A stretch of 64,000 nt of DNA. Source: Terriglobia bacterium. GTDB lineage: Bacteria > Acidobacteriota > Terriglobia > 20CM-2-55-15. The notes beneath the pieces are model-generated. The model ran no database searches. It saw nothing but the letters and a program-made list of their open reading frames with translations, and was not told where the DNA came from. Of the stretch, positions 31,772 through 40,560 are shown one piece after another. The stretch's first letter is position 1, and each line of letters starts with the position of its first letter. The stretch spans positions 160,001 to 224,000 of the forward strand of contig CBDCLE010000026.1 in the NCBI GenBank assembly GCA_965218585.1, written 5' to 3'. The translations under genes were made by a program, and so were the position numbers.

Positions 31772-33121
31772 CTATCCGGTGTAGCTATTACGAGGTCTAA
31801 GGGAGGGTTTCCCCGCATGGCGAATGCCCCGACACTCCACCTTGGTCAATGGTGCAACCTTACGGTCAGTCAACAGTGAGAGTATTCCGACCTCACTAAT
31901 GGGACACTCGCAACCGGAGGTGATGGCGATAACGCGGGAGATTGCGACTGTTGCCGCGAGGGCGCTCACATAGGGAGCGGCAACGCTGGCTCCGCCGATG
32001 GCGGCCGTCCCGCAGGGCCCGATCTCCGCTTCAAGATGCCGGTAGGCCTCACCACATGGAACGTCTCCTCCATCGGGTTTGTCCGTTTGCCCGGCAAAGT
32101 GCGTGTCGATCCGGCGAACGCGGTCGAACACTGTAACGCGATACTTATCGAAATCCGAAACGGTTCGCCCAAGTCCTGCATCAACGATCCCGTCGAAGCC
32201 GACTTCGGCCATAAGGCTACGTGCCCCGACCTTGTCGACGCCCGAGAGCGCGAGACGTGGATCATCAATGTATAGCTGGTCGCCCCCGAGAAGATAGCGA
32301 TCGATCCTCCTGACGTCGAAGCCTTTTTCCAACGCCCAGCACTCAGCAACTTTCGTCTTCAGATCCCCGAAGGTCTCTCCCTTGACCAAAACCGACGTGG
32401 CCCAATTCTCTTCGGTAATCGTGTCGCGGTCCTGAAGAATGAGGGCGACGCCGGTGGGGTCCAGATAGGGCAGCGCCGCGAGCGCCCAAAGAAACGCTTG
32501 TCCCAAATTGCCTAACCCAACCAGCCAGAGCGCGCCGGGCAGGAATACCTCCGCGAAGCGCGGCGCCTTGTCGCCTGCCCTGACAGGCCACAGGTCGATC
32601 TCAGCTCGGAGGTCGCGGCAGCGTCCTCTCTCAGCTTCGAAGGCCGCACCGACCGCCAGCGCACCGGCGGCTATTCCGGGCAGCGGATTATCACCTTCGT
32701 CCGAGCAGCCTCCACCCGGCGTAGTGATGCCCGCTCGCCAGTCTTCCCACCACGGCGAAACAGACCAAGCTTCGATGCGCGCTCCGTTCGTGCCGACAAA
32801 GATCCTGCGCAACGAGCAGCCGTCGAATCCGAAGGCGCCAGCCAAGATGGCTGCCTCAGCGAGGCTTTCCGCAGCAAATGGAAGGGATGAATTGAAAGGC
32901 CCATCTATGGCCCCCGAGACCCGAACACCACCGACGAACGTTCTACTAGCTACCGACACAGCCGTCAGTATGGCGGCGTGAGCTGCGGGCGAAGTGGCAT
33001 CGGGCCCCACAACAATCTCTAGGGTGAGCGCCCGCAACTTGGCCTGTGCTTCATCAAAAGAAATGTTCTCGCTGTCGACAAGTATCTTCGCCAGACGCGT
33101 AATCTGTAAATCTAACGCCAT
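31772..33121 (-). CDS. E1-like (ThiF-family) ubiquitin-activating enzyme, BilD-like
   Basis: N-terminal inactive adenylation-like region; LVGLGNLG, QDRD..N, SGVDK..AR and DAGLG; candidate catalytic Cys in GPCG; start overlaps the JAB stop. Confidence 0.88.
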   Translation of the reverse strand: MALDLQITRLAKILVDSENISFDEAQAKLRALTLEIVVGPDATSPAAHAAILTAVSVASRTFVGGVRVSGAIDGPFNSSLPFAAESLAEAAILAGAFGFDGCSLRRIFVGTNGARIEAWSVSPWWEDWRAGITTPGGGCSDEGDNPLPGIAAGALAVGAAFEAERGRCRDLRAEIDLWPVRAGDKAPRFAEVFLPGALWLVGLGNLGQAFLWALAALPYLDPTGVALILQDRDTITEENWATSVLVKGETFGDLKTKVAECWALEKGFDVRRIDRYLLGGDQLYIDDPRLALSGVDKVGARSLMAEVGFDGIVDAGLGRTVSDFDKYRVTVFDRVRRIDTHFAGQTDKPDGGDVPCGEAYRHLEAEIGPCGTAAIGGASVAAPYVSALAATVAISRVIAITSGCECPISEVGILSLLTDRKVAPLTKVECRGIRHAGKPSLRPRNSYTG

Positions 33122-33633
33122 GGCCACCATCCGACGTGCAATGGCGACGGGCGGTCGAAGCTGCGGTCCCGCCATTGGCGCGAACCAACGTATTCGTACA
33201 CGCCGATGCGGCCCGGACTGGTTGACCGTGCTGCGAAATACGGGAGGATAACAGCGATGTGGCCGACTTCGGCCATGATCGGATTCGCACGGTCGGACTC
33301 GCTCTGTCGGAAATCACCCGGATGAACGTGGACATCGGCGACAACGGCCCGACCAGTTCTCCGACAATGCAGCCAGAGATCGCCAAGCCGACGGCCATCG
33401 ATTTCGACAATGCCGCTCCTCAGGGCACCCGGATCGATGTCGTCGTAAAAGACGAACTCCTCGATTCGACGTGTCTTGCACCTGGAGCCCAAAAGAAAAG
33501 CGCCGCTCTCGACCCGCCCGCCAGCACGTCGCCTAAGTTCTGCGACGCCAGTGCACCAAACCTCTGCGTCACAAAGAATTTCAGGCGGAGGCCCGAGGAC
33601 GCTGCGCGCGAGCGTTGCTATTAAGGACGCCAT
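33112..33633 (-). CDS. JAB/JAMM metallopeptidase (DUB), BilC-like
   Basis: ESGAFLLG...DVHVHPG...QSESD (E-HxH-S-D). Confidence 0.9.
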   Translation of the reverse strand: MASLIATLARSVLGPPPEILCDAEVWCTGVAELRRRAGGRVESGAFLLGSRCKTRRIEEFVFYDDIDPGALRSGIVEIDGRRLGDLWLHCRRTGRAVVADVHVHPGDFRQSESDRANPIMAEVGHIAVILPYFAARSTSPGRIGVYEYVGSRQWRDRSFDRPSPLHVGWWPWR

Positions 33634-34057
33634 GGAGATCCTCGAAAATGAAAGCAATCCGCCGCTCAGGGGTCCATGCAAGGTGTGGGAAAGTGACCGC
33701 GTTGCTATTGTGGCGGCCGGTCATCCGATCCCATGGGCGGTAGACGCTATCCTTTCCCCAGCATTGAAAAGTCTTCTCGACCCGAGCGCCTCCCTTTGGT
33801 CGCAGCTCACCTGCAAGGGGAGCGTTCCGCTCATGGTCCCAGATCCGAACCATCGGTGCCTGAGCCGGATAATTCGATAGCTCGGCCCGAAATCCGTATT
33901 CGCTGGTCGTGCTGTCCGGCTCAGTCGCGGAAATCACAAAGTCTAGTATGGGGAACTCATTCGAAATGATACGCCAACGCCCCGCATCGCAGCCGCTGAG
34001 AAAATCGCTTTCCTTGAGATCGGCGGCGATGCGGGCAATGCTGGGATCGGCGATCAC
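33581..34057 (-). CDS. E2-like conjugating protein, BilB-like
   Basis: GRWRII, NYPAQAP..WD, YRPWDR and AW motifs; between Ubl and JAB; GTGA overlap with the Ubl stop. Confidence 0.8.
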   Translation of the reverse strand: MIADPSIARIAADLKESDFLSGCDAGRWRIISNEFPILDFVISATEPDSTTSEYGFRAELSNYPAQAPMVRIWDHERNAPLAGELRPKGGARVEKTFQCWGKDSVYRPWDRMTGRHNSNAVTFPHLAWTPERRIAFIFEDLHGVLNSNARAQRPRASA

Positions 34058-34593
34058 AAGCAGCTCCCATTGGCAATATCGCCACGCACCAGATCAAGGG
34101 CAAGCTCACAGTCTTTTCCGGCCAAATGTCCGACATGCTCCGGCCCGTGCAGTTCCTCCTTGTGGCCACGCCGCGCTAGTTCGAACTCTGCTGCCATGCT
34201 CGAGTCGATATCGAACACCTCAATTGCCCAAGCGAGAACGTCCTTGACGGCCTCAAACCGCTTGAACGCACGTCTGTGTTCGCCCTCCTGATAGTACACA
34301 GTCACTGCTACCTCACCCGTGTGATGGACGTGGTGGCGGCGTTGATGAAAGTAGTTTGCGTCGACCACGATGGCAGGTGTCAGCGGTTCGGTCTCTCCCT
34401 CGCGGACTAGAATTAGCTCTTCGACATTGCAGCCGCGCTCGGCAGCAACTACTTCGAGGATCGCGGTCACGCTACTGCCCAACTCCAGTTCGACGAACCT
34501 CTCCTCGATGCAACCCAATTTCACCGGGATCGAGAACTTCCGCTCGGCCTGCGGCGAGTTCCCGCGGGCATCAGCGCCATTTTTTTCAGTCAT
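34054..34593 (-). CDS. Tandem ubiquitin-like protein, BilA/ISG15-like
   Basis: ~179 aa, fits two beta-grasp units; HVH..EVAVTV linker; ends ..DIANG-SCL; first gene of the E2-JAB-E1 operon. Confidence 0.8.
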   Translation of the reverse strand: MTEKNGADARGNSPQAERKFSIPVKLGCIEERFVELELGSSVTAILEVVAAERGCNVEELILVREGETEPLTPAIVVDANYFHQRRHHVHHTGEVAVTVYYQEGEHRRAFKRFEAVKDVLAWAIEVFDIDSSMAAEFELARRGHKEELHGPEHVGHLAGKDCELALDLVRGDIANGSCL

Positions 34594-34661
34594 TTCCACA
34601 ATCTCCAGCAGTATTTTTGATCACCAGCGGTGCGGACCTTCCCCACCGACAGCGCCTCTGA

Positions 34662-34690
34662 AGAGTAGCAACTTCGAAAATATGTGTCAA
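34662..34690 (-). promoter_or_regulatory. Sigma70-type promoter of the Ubl operon
   Basis: TTGACA (34690-34685), 17-nt spacer, extended TGn-TACTCT (34667-34662). Confidence 0.65.
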
Positions 34691-34771
34691 CACCACACAC
34701 GTAAAAGTATGTATAAGTTTGTGAAAAACACATTAATTAGACTTGACGCACACCTAGGAAAGGGGCAGTCT

Positions 34772-35149
34772 ATGAGCGTGTCGGATATGGAGCTTTATCG
34801 TCGCCTCGGGCGGGCAGTTGCCAAGCGACGCGCAGAACTCGGTTTCACCCAAGACGACGTTGCAAAAAGGCTAGGCCTTTCCAGAGCCTCAGTCGCCAAT
34901 CTCGAAAACGGCCGTCAGCGCATCATGGTGCATCAGCTTTTCGCGCTAGCGAACACACTGAACCTCAAAACGATTCTGGATCTAGTACCCAAGACCTGGG
35001 CACCTCCGGGTCCTTTACCGGAGATCAAGGTGAGCGGTTCGGCCCTAAGCCCGCAGCAGCAATCGGCGGTCGAAAACCTGCTTGCCACAGCCTTAACTGA
35101 AGATCGTCTGAGAAACATTCGTCGTGAATCCGTACGCCCAAAGGGATAA
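34772..35149 (+). CDS. XRE-family HTH regulator (CapH-like)
   Basis: TQDDVAKRLGLSRASVANLENGRQR; divergent from the Ubl operon. Confidence 0.88.
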   Translation: MSVSDMELYRRLGRAVAKRRAELGFTQDDVAKRLGLSRASVANLENGRQRIMVHQLFALANTLNLKTILDLVPKTWAPPGPLPEIKVSGSALSPQQQSAVENLLATALTEDRLRNIRRESVRPKG

Positions 35150-35654
35150 AGCTCGGCGAGCAGCACAGTCCCTGCTTAGCCACCATCGCGTAAGAGCGGC
35201 GCCTGTCCATGTCGAGCGCATAGCCAAGTCCCTTGGTGTGCGCGTCGAGTACGCTCCACTCGACAGTGAACTCTCCGGACTCGCACATATTCGGGATGGC
35301 GTTCCGATCGTAGGCATCAACACGCTGCACGCCCCCAATCGGCAGCGCTTTACGCTCGCCCACGAATTGGGCCACGTTCAGCTTCACCGCCATGAGATTG
35401 AGCACGCCGTACATGTTGATCGCGGTTCGCTACGGCGTGACGCCCTTGCAGCTGAGGGCGTGGACCCTATTGAAATCGAAGCAAACACCTTTGCGGCCGA
35501 ATTGCTCATGCCGACGGACCTCTTAACAACGGCACTCGAAAGACGTTCCGTTGATCTTGAAGATGACAAAGCTGTAACGGCGCTGGCCAAGCGCTTTAGG
35601 GTAAGCGAAGCCGCCATGCGCTATCGGCTGAACTCGCTCGGAGAATCGGAGTGA
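35124..35654 (+). CDS. ImmA/IrrE-family Zn metallopeptidase (CapP-like)
   Basis: RQRFTLAHELGH, EIEANTFAAELLMP and FRVSEAAMRYRL motifs. Confidence 0.92.
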   Translation: MNPYAQRDKARRAAQSLLSHHRVRAAPVHVERIAKSLGVRVEYAPLDSELSGLAHIRDGVPIVGINTLHAPNRQRFTLAHELGHVQLHRHEIEHAVHVDRGSLRRDALAAEGVDPIEIEANTFAAELLMPTDLLTTALERRSVDLEDDKAVTALAKRFRVSEAAMRYRLNSLGESE

Positions 35655-37115
35655 GTTTCGTCATCTACGACGTTGAGACCACAGGGCTCACAAGAGGATT
35701 CGATCAAATCGTTGAGTTTGGGGCTATCCGCACAGATTCAGCGCTGAAGTTAACGGACCACTTTCAGATCCGCTGTCGCCTCATGCCTCATGTCATCCCT
35801 TCGCCGAGGGCGCTGTACATTACGGGGCTTCGAATAGAGCAGCTCCTCGATGCATCTCTACCCTCGCACTATGCGATGGTCACAGAGATCCAACGAATCC
35901 TCGACTCATGGTGCCCAGCCCTATTCCTGGGATTTAACTCCTTGTCATTCGATGAGGAATTTTTACGCCGAGCCTTCTATCAGTGTCTTCACCGCCCGTT
36001 CTTGACGAACACTCGGGGAAGCGCTAGAGCCGACGTGCTTAATCTGTGCCGCATGACGGTAGCTCTCAGGCCCCGACGTGATGAAGGCGGCGACCGACGA
36101 GAATGGTCACACAATCTTCAAGCTCAAGGCGCTTGCTGAGACCAACGGCATTGCAGTGCCCTTGTCGCATAGCGCTATGGCGGACGCATCGACAACGCTT
36201 GCGCTTTGCCAAATCATCAGAAGTGGTGCACCTGAAGTCTGGTCACAGTTTCTGAGATTCAGCCAGAAAGCGACTGTCGAGTCTTTCATGAGCGAAGAAG
36301 ACGCTTTTTTGGTATCGGAGACTGTCGGCAATCATCATCGTATCCGCCTCGTAACCCCGATCGGCACACACAGCGAACGAGCGACACGTTACTACTGCCT
36401 TGACCTTGCCACCAATCTTGATGAGCTCCGGGAGATGTCAGATGGGGAACTGATCTGCCTATGTAAGAGCGCCTCACGGCCAATCGTGACAGTTCGCACG
36501 AACGCAGCGCCGACGCTATGGCCGCTCTATGATGCGACTCAAGAACATGTCGCTCCATTCGAGGACGAAACCCAGGTCTTGATGCGTGTCGCACAGATCC
36601 GAACAGCTGGGCCGTTCTTGGAACGGCTTCGAAGAGCGGCCGAGGCAGCCGAACCGTTTTATCCGCCACGAGCGCATGTGGAAGAGCAGCTGTACGCGGG
36701 TGGATTCCCGCTGCCGCAGGACGAAATTCTCATGCGGCGTTTTCATGCAGCCCCTTGGGAACAACGCGCTACGCTGGCGCGCCAACTCAGTGACGCTAGA
36801 TACCATCACCTAGCTCTACGACTCATCTATCTTGAACGGCCTGACTTGCTTGCAATTGAGCGCCGATACGCTGCAGACGACGAGGTGCGCAAACGCCTCA
36901 TGGCTGCTACCGACGCCAACGTGCCTTGGCGCTCAATTCCAGCGGCCCAGCGAGACATGAAAGCTCTCCTAGAATCACGGCTCGAAGGCGATGATTTGGC
37001 GAATCAACTGCGGTACTTGGACTATTTGGAAGAACGCGCGGCCGCGCTTGAAATGCCAATCTCGGGAGCTGGACGCTCGTGCGTCTCTACGGATGTCTGC
37101 TTGACTCGTCAGTGA
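35651..37115 (+). CDS. Exonuclease I (SbcB)-like DEDDh 3'-5' exonuclease, one frameshift at 36071-36074
   Basis: YDVETTG, GFNSLSFD, FKL..LA..NGI..SHSAMAD and VEEQLYAGGF; deleting one C restores ALRPDVMK (~487 aa). Confidence 0.85.
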
Positions 37116-37189
37116 CACAGCGACACGAGGTTACCAGCCACGTGATTCTGAATGTGCGGATAAAAACAACGTTGAGTGGCACTACATCG

Positions 37190-37265
37190 ACTTGGTCAAG
37201 CCCATGCATAACGCCTTCATCGAGAGCTTCAACAGCAAGCTGCCCGGCGAACTGCTCAATGCGGT
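37190..37265 (+). pseudogene. IS3-family integrase-core fragment
   Basis: KPMHNAFIESFNSKL..ELLN. Confidence 0.6.
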
Positions 37266-37283
37266 CGGGACACATTTTCGCTT

Positions 37284-37598
37284 TCAGTCCCAGTCGCCCT
37301 CGGCGTCCCGCCTGAGCGCCTCAGCGAGCTCCGGATCACCCTCGCCGCGGCGGACGGAGCGCTCCACCAGATCGACCCGCCGTCCCAGATCGGCGAGCCC
37401 GGCGCCGCGCGCGGCAGCGTAGACGGCAGCGGCGACGGCAGCCATCACCAGCCCAAGGTGCAAGCCGATGGCGAGGCCATAGTCAGCGAAAATCACCCGC
37501 CAGAACGGCGCCAGATACTCCAAGCGCGAACCACCGGCGAGGACGGTCGATCCGGCAAGAGCCGCGGTCAGGCCGGCGCTGATTCTCCAGGGCTGCAT
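37284..37598 (-). CDS. Small membrane protein of the mobilisation module, copy A (intact)
   Basis: 104 aa with two hydrophobic segments; paralog at 43877-44190. Confidence 0.75.
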   Translation of the reverse strand: MQPWRISAGLTAALAGSTVLAGGSRLEYLAPFWRVIFADYGLAIGLHLGLVMAAVAAAVYAAARGAGLADLGRRVDLVERSVRRGEGDPELAEALRRDAEGDWD

Positions 37599-37607
37599 CA
37601 GTGTTTC

Positions 37608-38466
37608 CTAAAGCTCGAAAGCGGCCGGGTCCCGCTGGGCCGGACCACGGATGGAAGTCTTGCCGTCGCCGGTACCCAGTATCCGAAGCACGCGGGCTTG
37701 GGAGCGTCCGGTGGCGTGCACCACGAAGCCGGCACGGGCCTTGGCCCGGATAGCGGCGGCGCTGTAGCGTCCGGAGGCCACCTCGACGTTGACGCGGCTG
37801 GTGAGCCCATCCGCATCGGGGTAGTGCACGCGCCCCTGCTCGTCGATGGGCAGGTCCAGTTCCCGTGCGGCGCGGCGCCGCTCGGCATCGGCCGCTTGTC
37901 GGCCGTCCCGGACCCGGGCGGTTTCGCTGCGGCGAGCGATGATGCTCTTCAGTTCGGCATCGAGCCACACGCGGTGGAGGGTGGCGCCCTGTTCGGACAA
38001 GCGCTGCTGCTCCCGCCCGCAGGCTCGATAGATCCCTGTGTCGTGGACGATCTGGGCGCGCTGGACCCGCCCCGACAAGACTTGCTGTTCCCGGTCCAGT
38101 CCCCGCTCGACGGCCAGCTTGCGGGCGGTGTCCGCCCCTCATGCGGTGAGCGTCAACACCTTGAATGGATTTCCCTTCGGGCCTGTGGCCGTGGACTCCC
38201 GCGCGAGTCCTTCCTCGATCCAGCAGTTGACGGCCCTTCGGGTCGTGTAGGGATGGCCGCCGAAGTGAGCTTCGGCCAGGTCGCGAAACGAGATGCTGCG
38301 GTAGATCCGGACATCGGCCAGATCGCGCTTCGACCGTCCGTGAAAGGACACGCGCTCGGTATGCCTCCGGGGGGCGTACTCGCGGCGATGGCCGTCCCTC
38401 ATCCGGTTGGCAAGGCGGACCTCCGGCACCAGACTCCGATCCGATCACGCGATCCAGCATCGTCAC
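37608..38466 (-). pseudogene. Degenerate copy of the wHTH + PD-(D/E)xK replication-relaxation-like gene
   Basis: Homologous to 44201-45079 but with frameshifts and loss of the QLEYTDE segment. Confidence 0.8.
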
Positions 38467-38776
38467 TCCCTCAGCGGCCCGATCCGAAACTCCGGCCCGG
38501 AACCGGGAGCTTGTGTTGCGGCTGCATCGCGGCCTCGGGAGATTTAGATCGAAAAGATCGGCGCCTCTTTGTAAAGCGAAACCGCATCTGCAACGGGTCC
38601 GCTGTTACCCTGGTAGAGTAGATATTCAGAAGGCTCCCAACTAATTTTGCTGCGGATTTTAGACGTCAACACTTCACTTTGAACATGAAAATAAATATTG
38701 GCTTAATTTTTGTTCACATCGGGGCTGTTTTCCGTCTATACTTGGACCTGTCAGTGGGGGAGGTCGACCGATACCA

Positions 38777-39449
38777 ATGAGTGAAAGAACCGAAACTCTG
38801 CTCAGAAGCGTCTTTACGGAGACCATTCAGTCTGCGCTCGTCGCCGCCATAAGCTCTGCTTACGACCTGAACATGGAACGCTATGCGCCCGAAGTTGGGG
38901 ACGACGCCATGTTGTTCGGCTTGATGAACTACAAGTCAAAAGTCCCACTTCTTAACGCGTCTGGGGGTCGATGCCTCCAAAGACTGGGTCACCGTCATCC
39001 GCCAGACGCCATCCTTTGAGTTCAAGATCGGGAACTACAAGCTGTCGGCCTACTGCGCAGGACACACTAGCACTGTCGAGCCCCGAAATGCGTTTCCCTA
39101 CAATAGAAACCGCGCAGCAAGGATAGTCGAAACGAATCGGAACCAGTTGTCGTTCCCCTTTGCTATCTCCGGCAAAGAAGCTCCTGATGTCGACGACTCG
39201 AAATGCCCTGAACTAGTACTCGCTGACATCGGGAATCCCCTAGAGGGCCTCCTCAAGGTTTTTCTCGCCGTTCCGATCGAAAAAGACGAGGATGGCCGGA
39301 TTACGCGTTGGGGAACGATTCTCGAGATTTGGAACAAGGCATCGCACGAGCGTCCACGGGTCGCTTCCGGCACGCCTTCCCCACCACCGGAGCCGATCAA
39401 GGAACCCGTCGTCACGTTGCGAACAAACACCGTGGAGCGAGAGCGTTGA
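38777..39449 (+). CDS. Putative toxin partner of the HTH-peptidase (frameshift at 38943-38945)
   Basis: Deleting one C joins 38777-39019 to the 39147-39449 frame (~223 aa); stop overlaps the next start. Confidence 0.65.
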
Positions 39450-40552
39450 AGCCACTCGATCTTTACACGGCAGCCCACATGTTCGAGGCAGACCAACTGC
39501 GGCTGGCACGGGAATACCGGGGGCTTCAAAGAAAGGAACTCGCAAAGTTGCTTGGCGTAACACCGAGCGCCGTCAGCCAATACGAGGCGGGTAGGATCAA
39601 GCCAACGCCGCAGATGATTTCCCGTATGAAGCTAGCGCTGCACTTTCCAGTTGGTTTCTTCGTCGAGCCTCCCTCGTCCAGCGTCGCCGTCGACCAGTGT
39701 CACTTTCGTAGTTTGCGGTCTTGCACGCAAACGCAACGCAGGAGAATGGCCGCGGCAGCCACCCTCGTGGGAGGGCTGGTTGCACATCTTGCTGTCAATG
39801 TCGATTTCCCTACGGAAAACCTACTCTTGTTAGTGTCAGATCCACCAGACAGTGACGAAGAGATCGAAGGGCTGGCAGTCGATGCACGGAAACACTGGGG
39901 CCTGGGTCTGGGTCCGATCACACACATCTCGAAACTCGTTGAAAGTCACGGCGTCGTAGTCAGCCGTACTTTCCACGATTGCGCACAAGTCGACGCGTTC
40001 TCGCTTTGGCACTCGGCGCGCCCCTTGATATTCCTGAATGCCGACAAGAATAGCGGGACACGAAGCCGCTATGATGTCGCTCACGAACTTGGGCATCTCG
40101 TTATGCATACCGACTGCCTTCCTGGCGACCAAAGACACGAGCAGCAAGCCCATCGGTTCGCAGGCGCATTTCTACTACCGCGAGAAACCTTTGGTCGTGA
40201 ATGTCCGAGGCGTTTAATCTGGCCGCATTTGCTGGAACTCAAAGAACGATGGGGCGTTTCCCTGTCAGCTATCGCGCATCGCGCCTTCGATATCGGACTC
40301 TTCTCCGCTAGCGCATACCGACGGGCCAACGTTCAGTTGTCCCAACGCGGCTGGCGGGATAAGGAGCCTCAGGAGCCGTTGCCGGAGGAGCCAACGCTCC
40401 TGCGCCGCGCCCTTTCTCTGTTGGAAACAACCGGTAAGACCCTTGCCAGCATTGCCAGCGAGCTGAACATGACCCAGCACGACATCGAACTACTTGTCGG
40501 CGGTCCATTTCAACCACAGAAGGATCGGCCGAGTCTCTCTTTCGGCGAATGA
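39446..40552 (+). CDS. XRE-HTH + ImmA/IrrE Zn-peptidase fusion (RmrA-like antitoxin)
   Basis: LRLAREYRGL..SAVSQYEAG HTH; RYDVAHELGH; EQQAHRFAGAFLLP. Confidence 0.9.
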   Translation: MKPLDLYTAAHMFEADQLRLAREYRGLQRKELAKLLGVTPSAVSQYEAGRIKPTPQMISRMKLALHFPVGFFVEPPSSSVAVDQCHFRSLRSCTQTQRRRMAAAATLVGGLVAHLAVNVDFPTENLLLLVSDPPDSDEEIEGLAVDARKHWGLGLGPITHISKLVESHGVVVSRTFHDCAQVDAFSLWHSARPLIFLNADKNSGTRSRYDVAHELGHLVMHTDCLPGDQRHEQQAHRFAGAFLLPRETFGRECPRRLIWPHLLELKERWGVSLSAIAHRAFDIGLFSASAYRRANVQLSQRGWRDKEPQEPLPEEPTLLRRALSLLETTGKTLASIASELNMTQHDIELLVGGPFQPQKDRPSLSFGE

Positions 40553-40560
40553 GGGCCTAG

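Noticed and set aside
31772-34593. Interpretation as ThiF/MoeB sulfur transfer or CBASS Cap2/Cap3
   Set aside because: No thiamine or Moco genes and no CD-NTase; separate Ubl, E2, JAB and E1 genes fit Bil
34370-34771. 134-aa N-terminal extension of the HTH ORF
   Set aside because: Overlaps the Ubl gene antisense and the promoter; ATG at 34772 is more plausible
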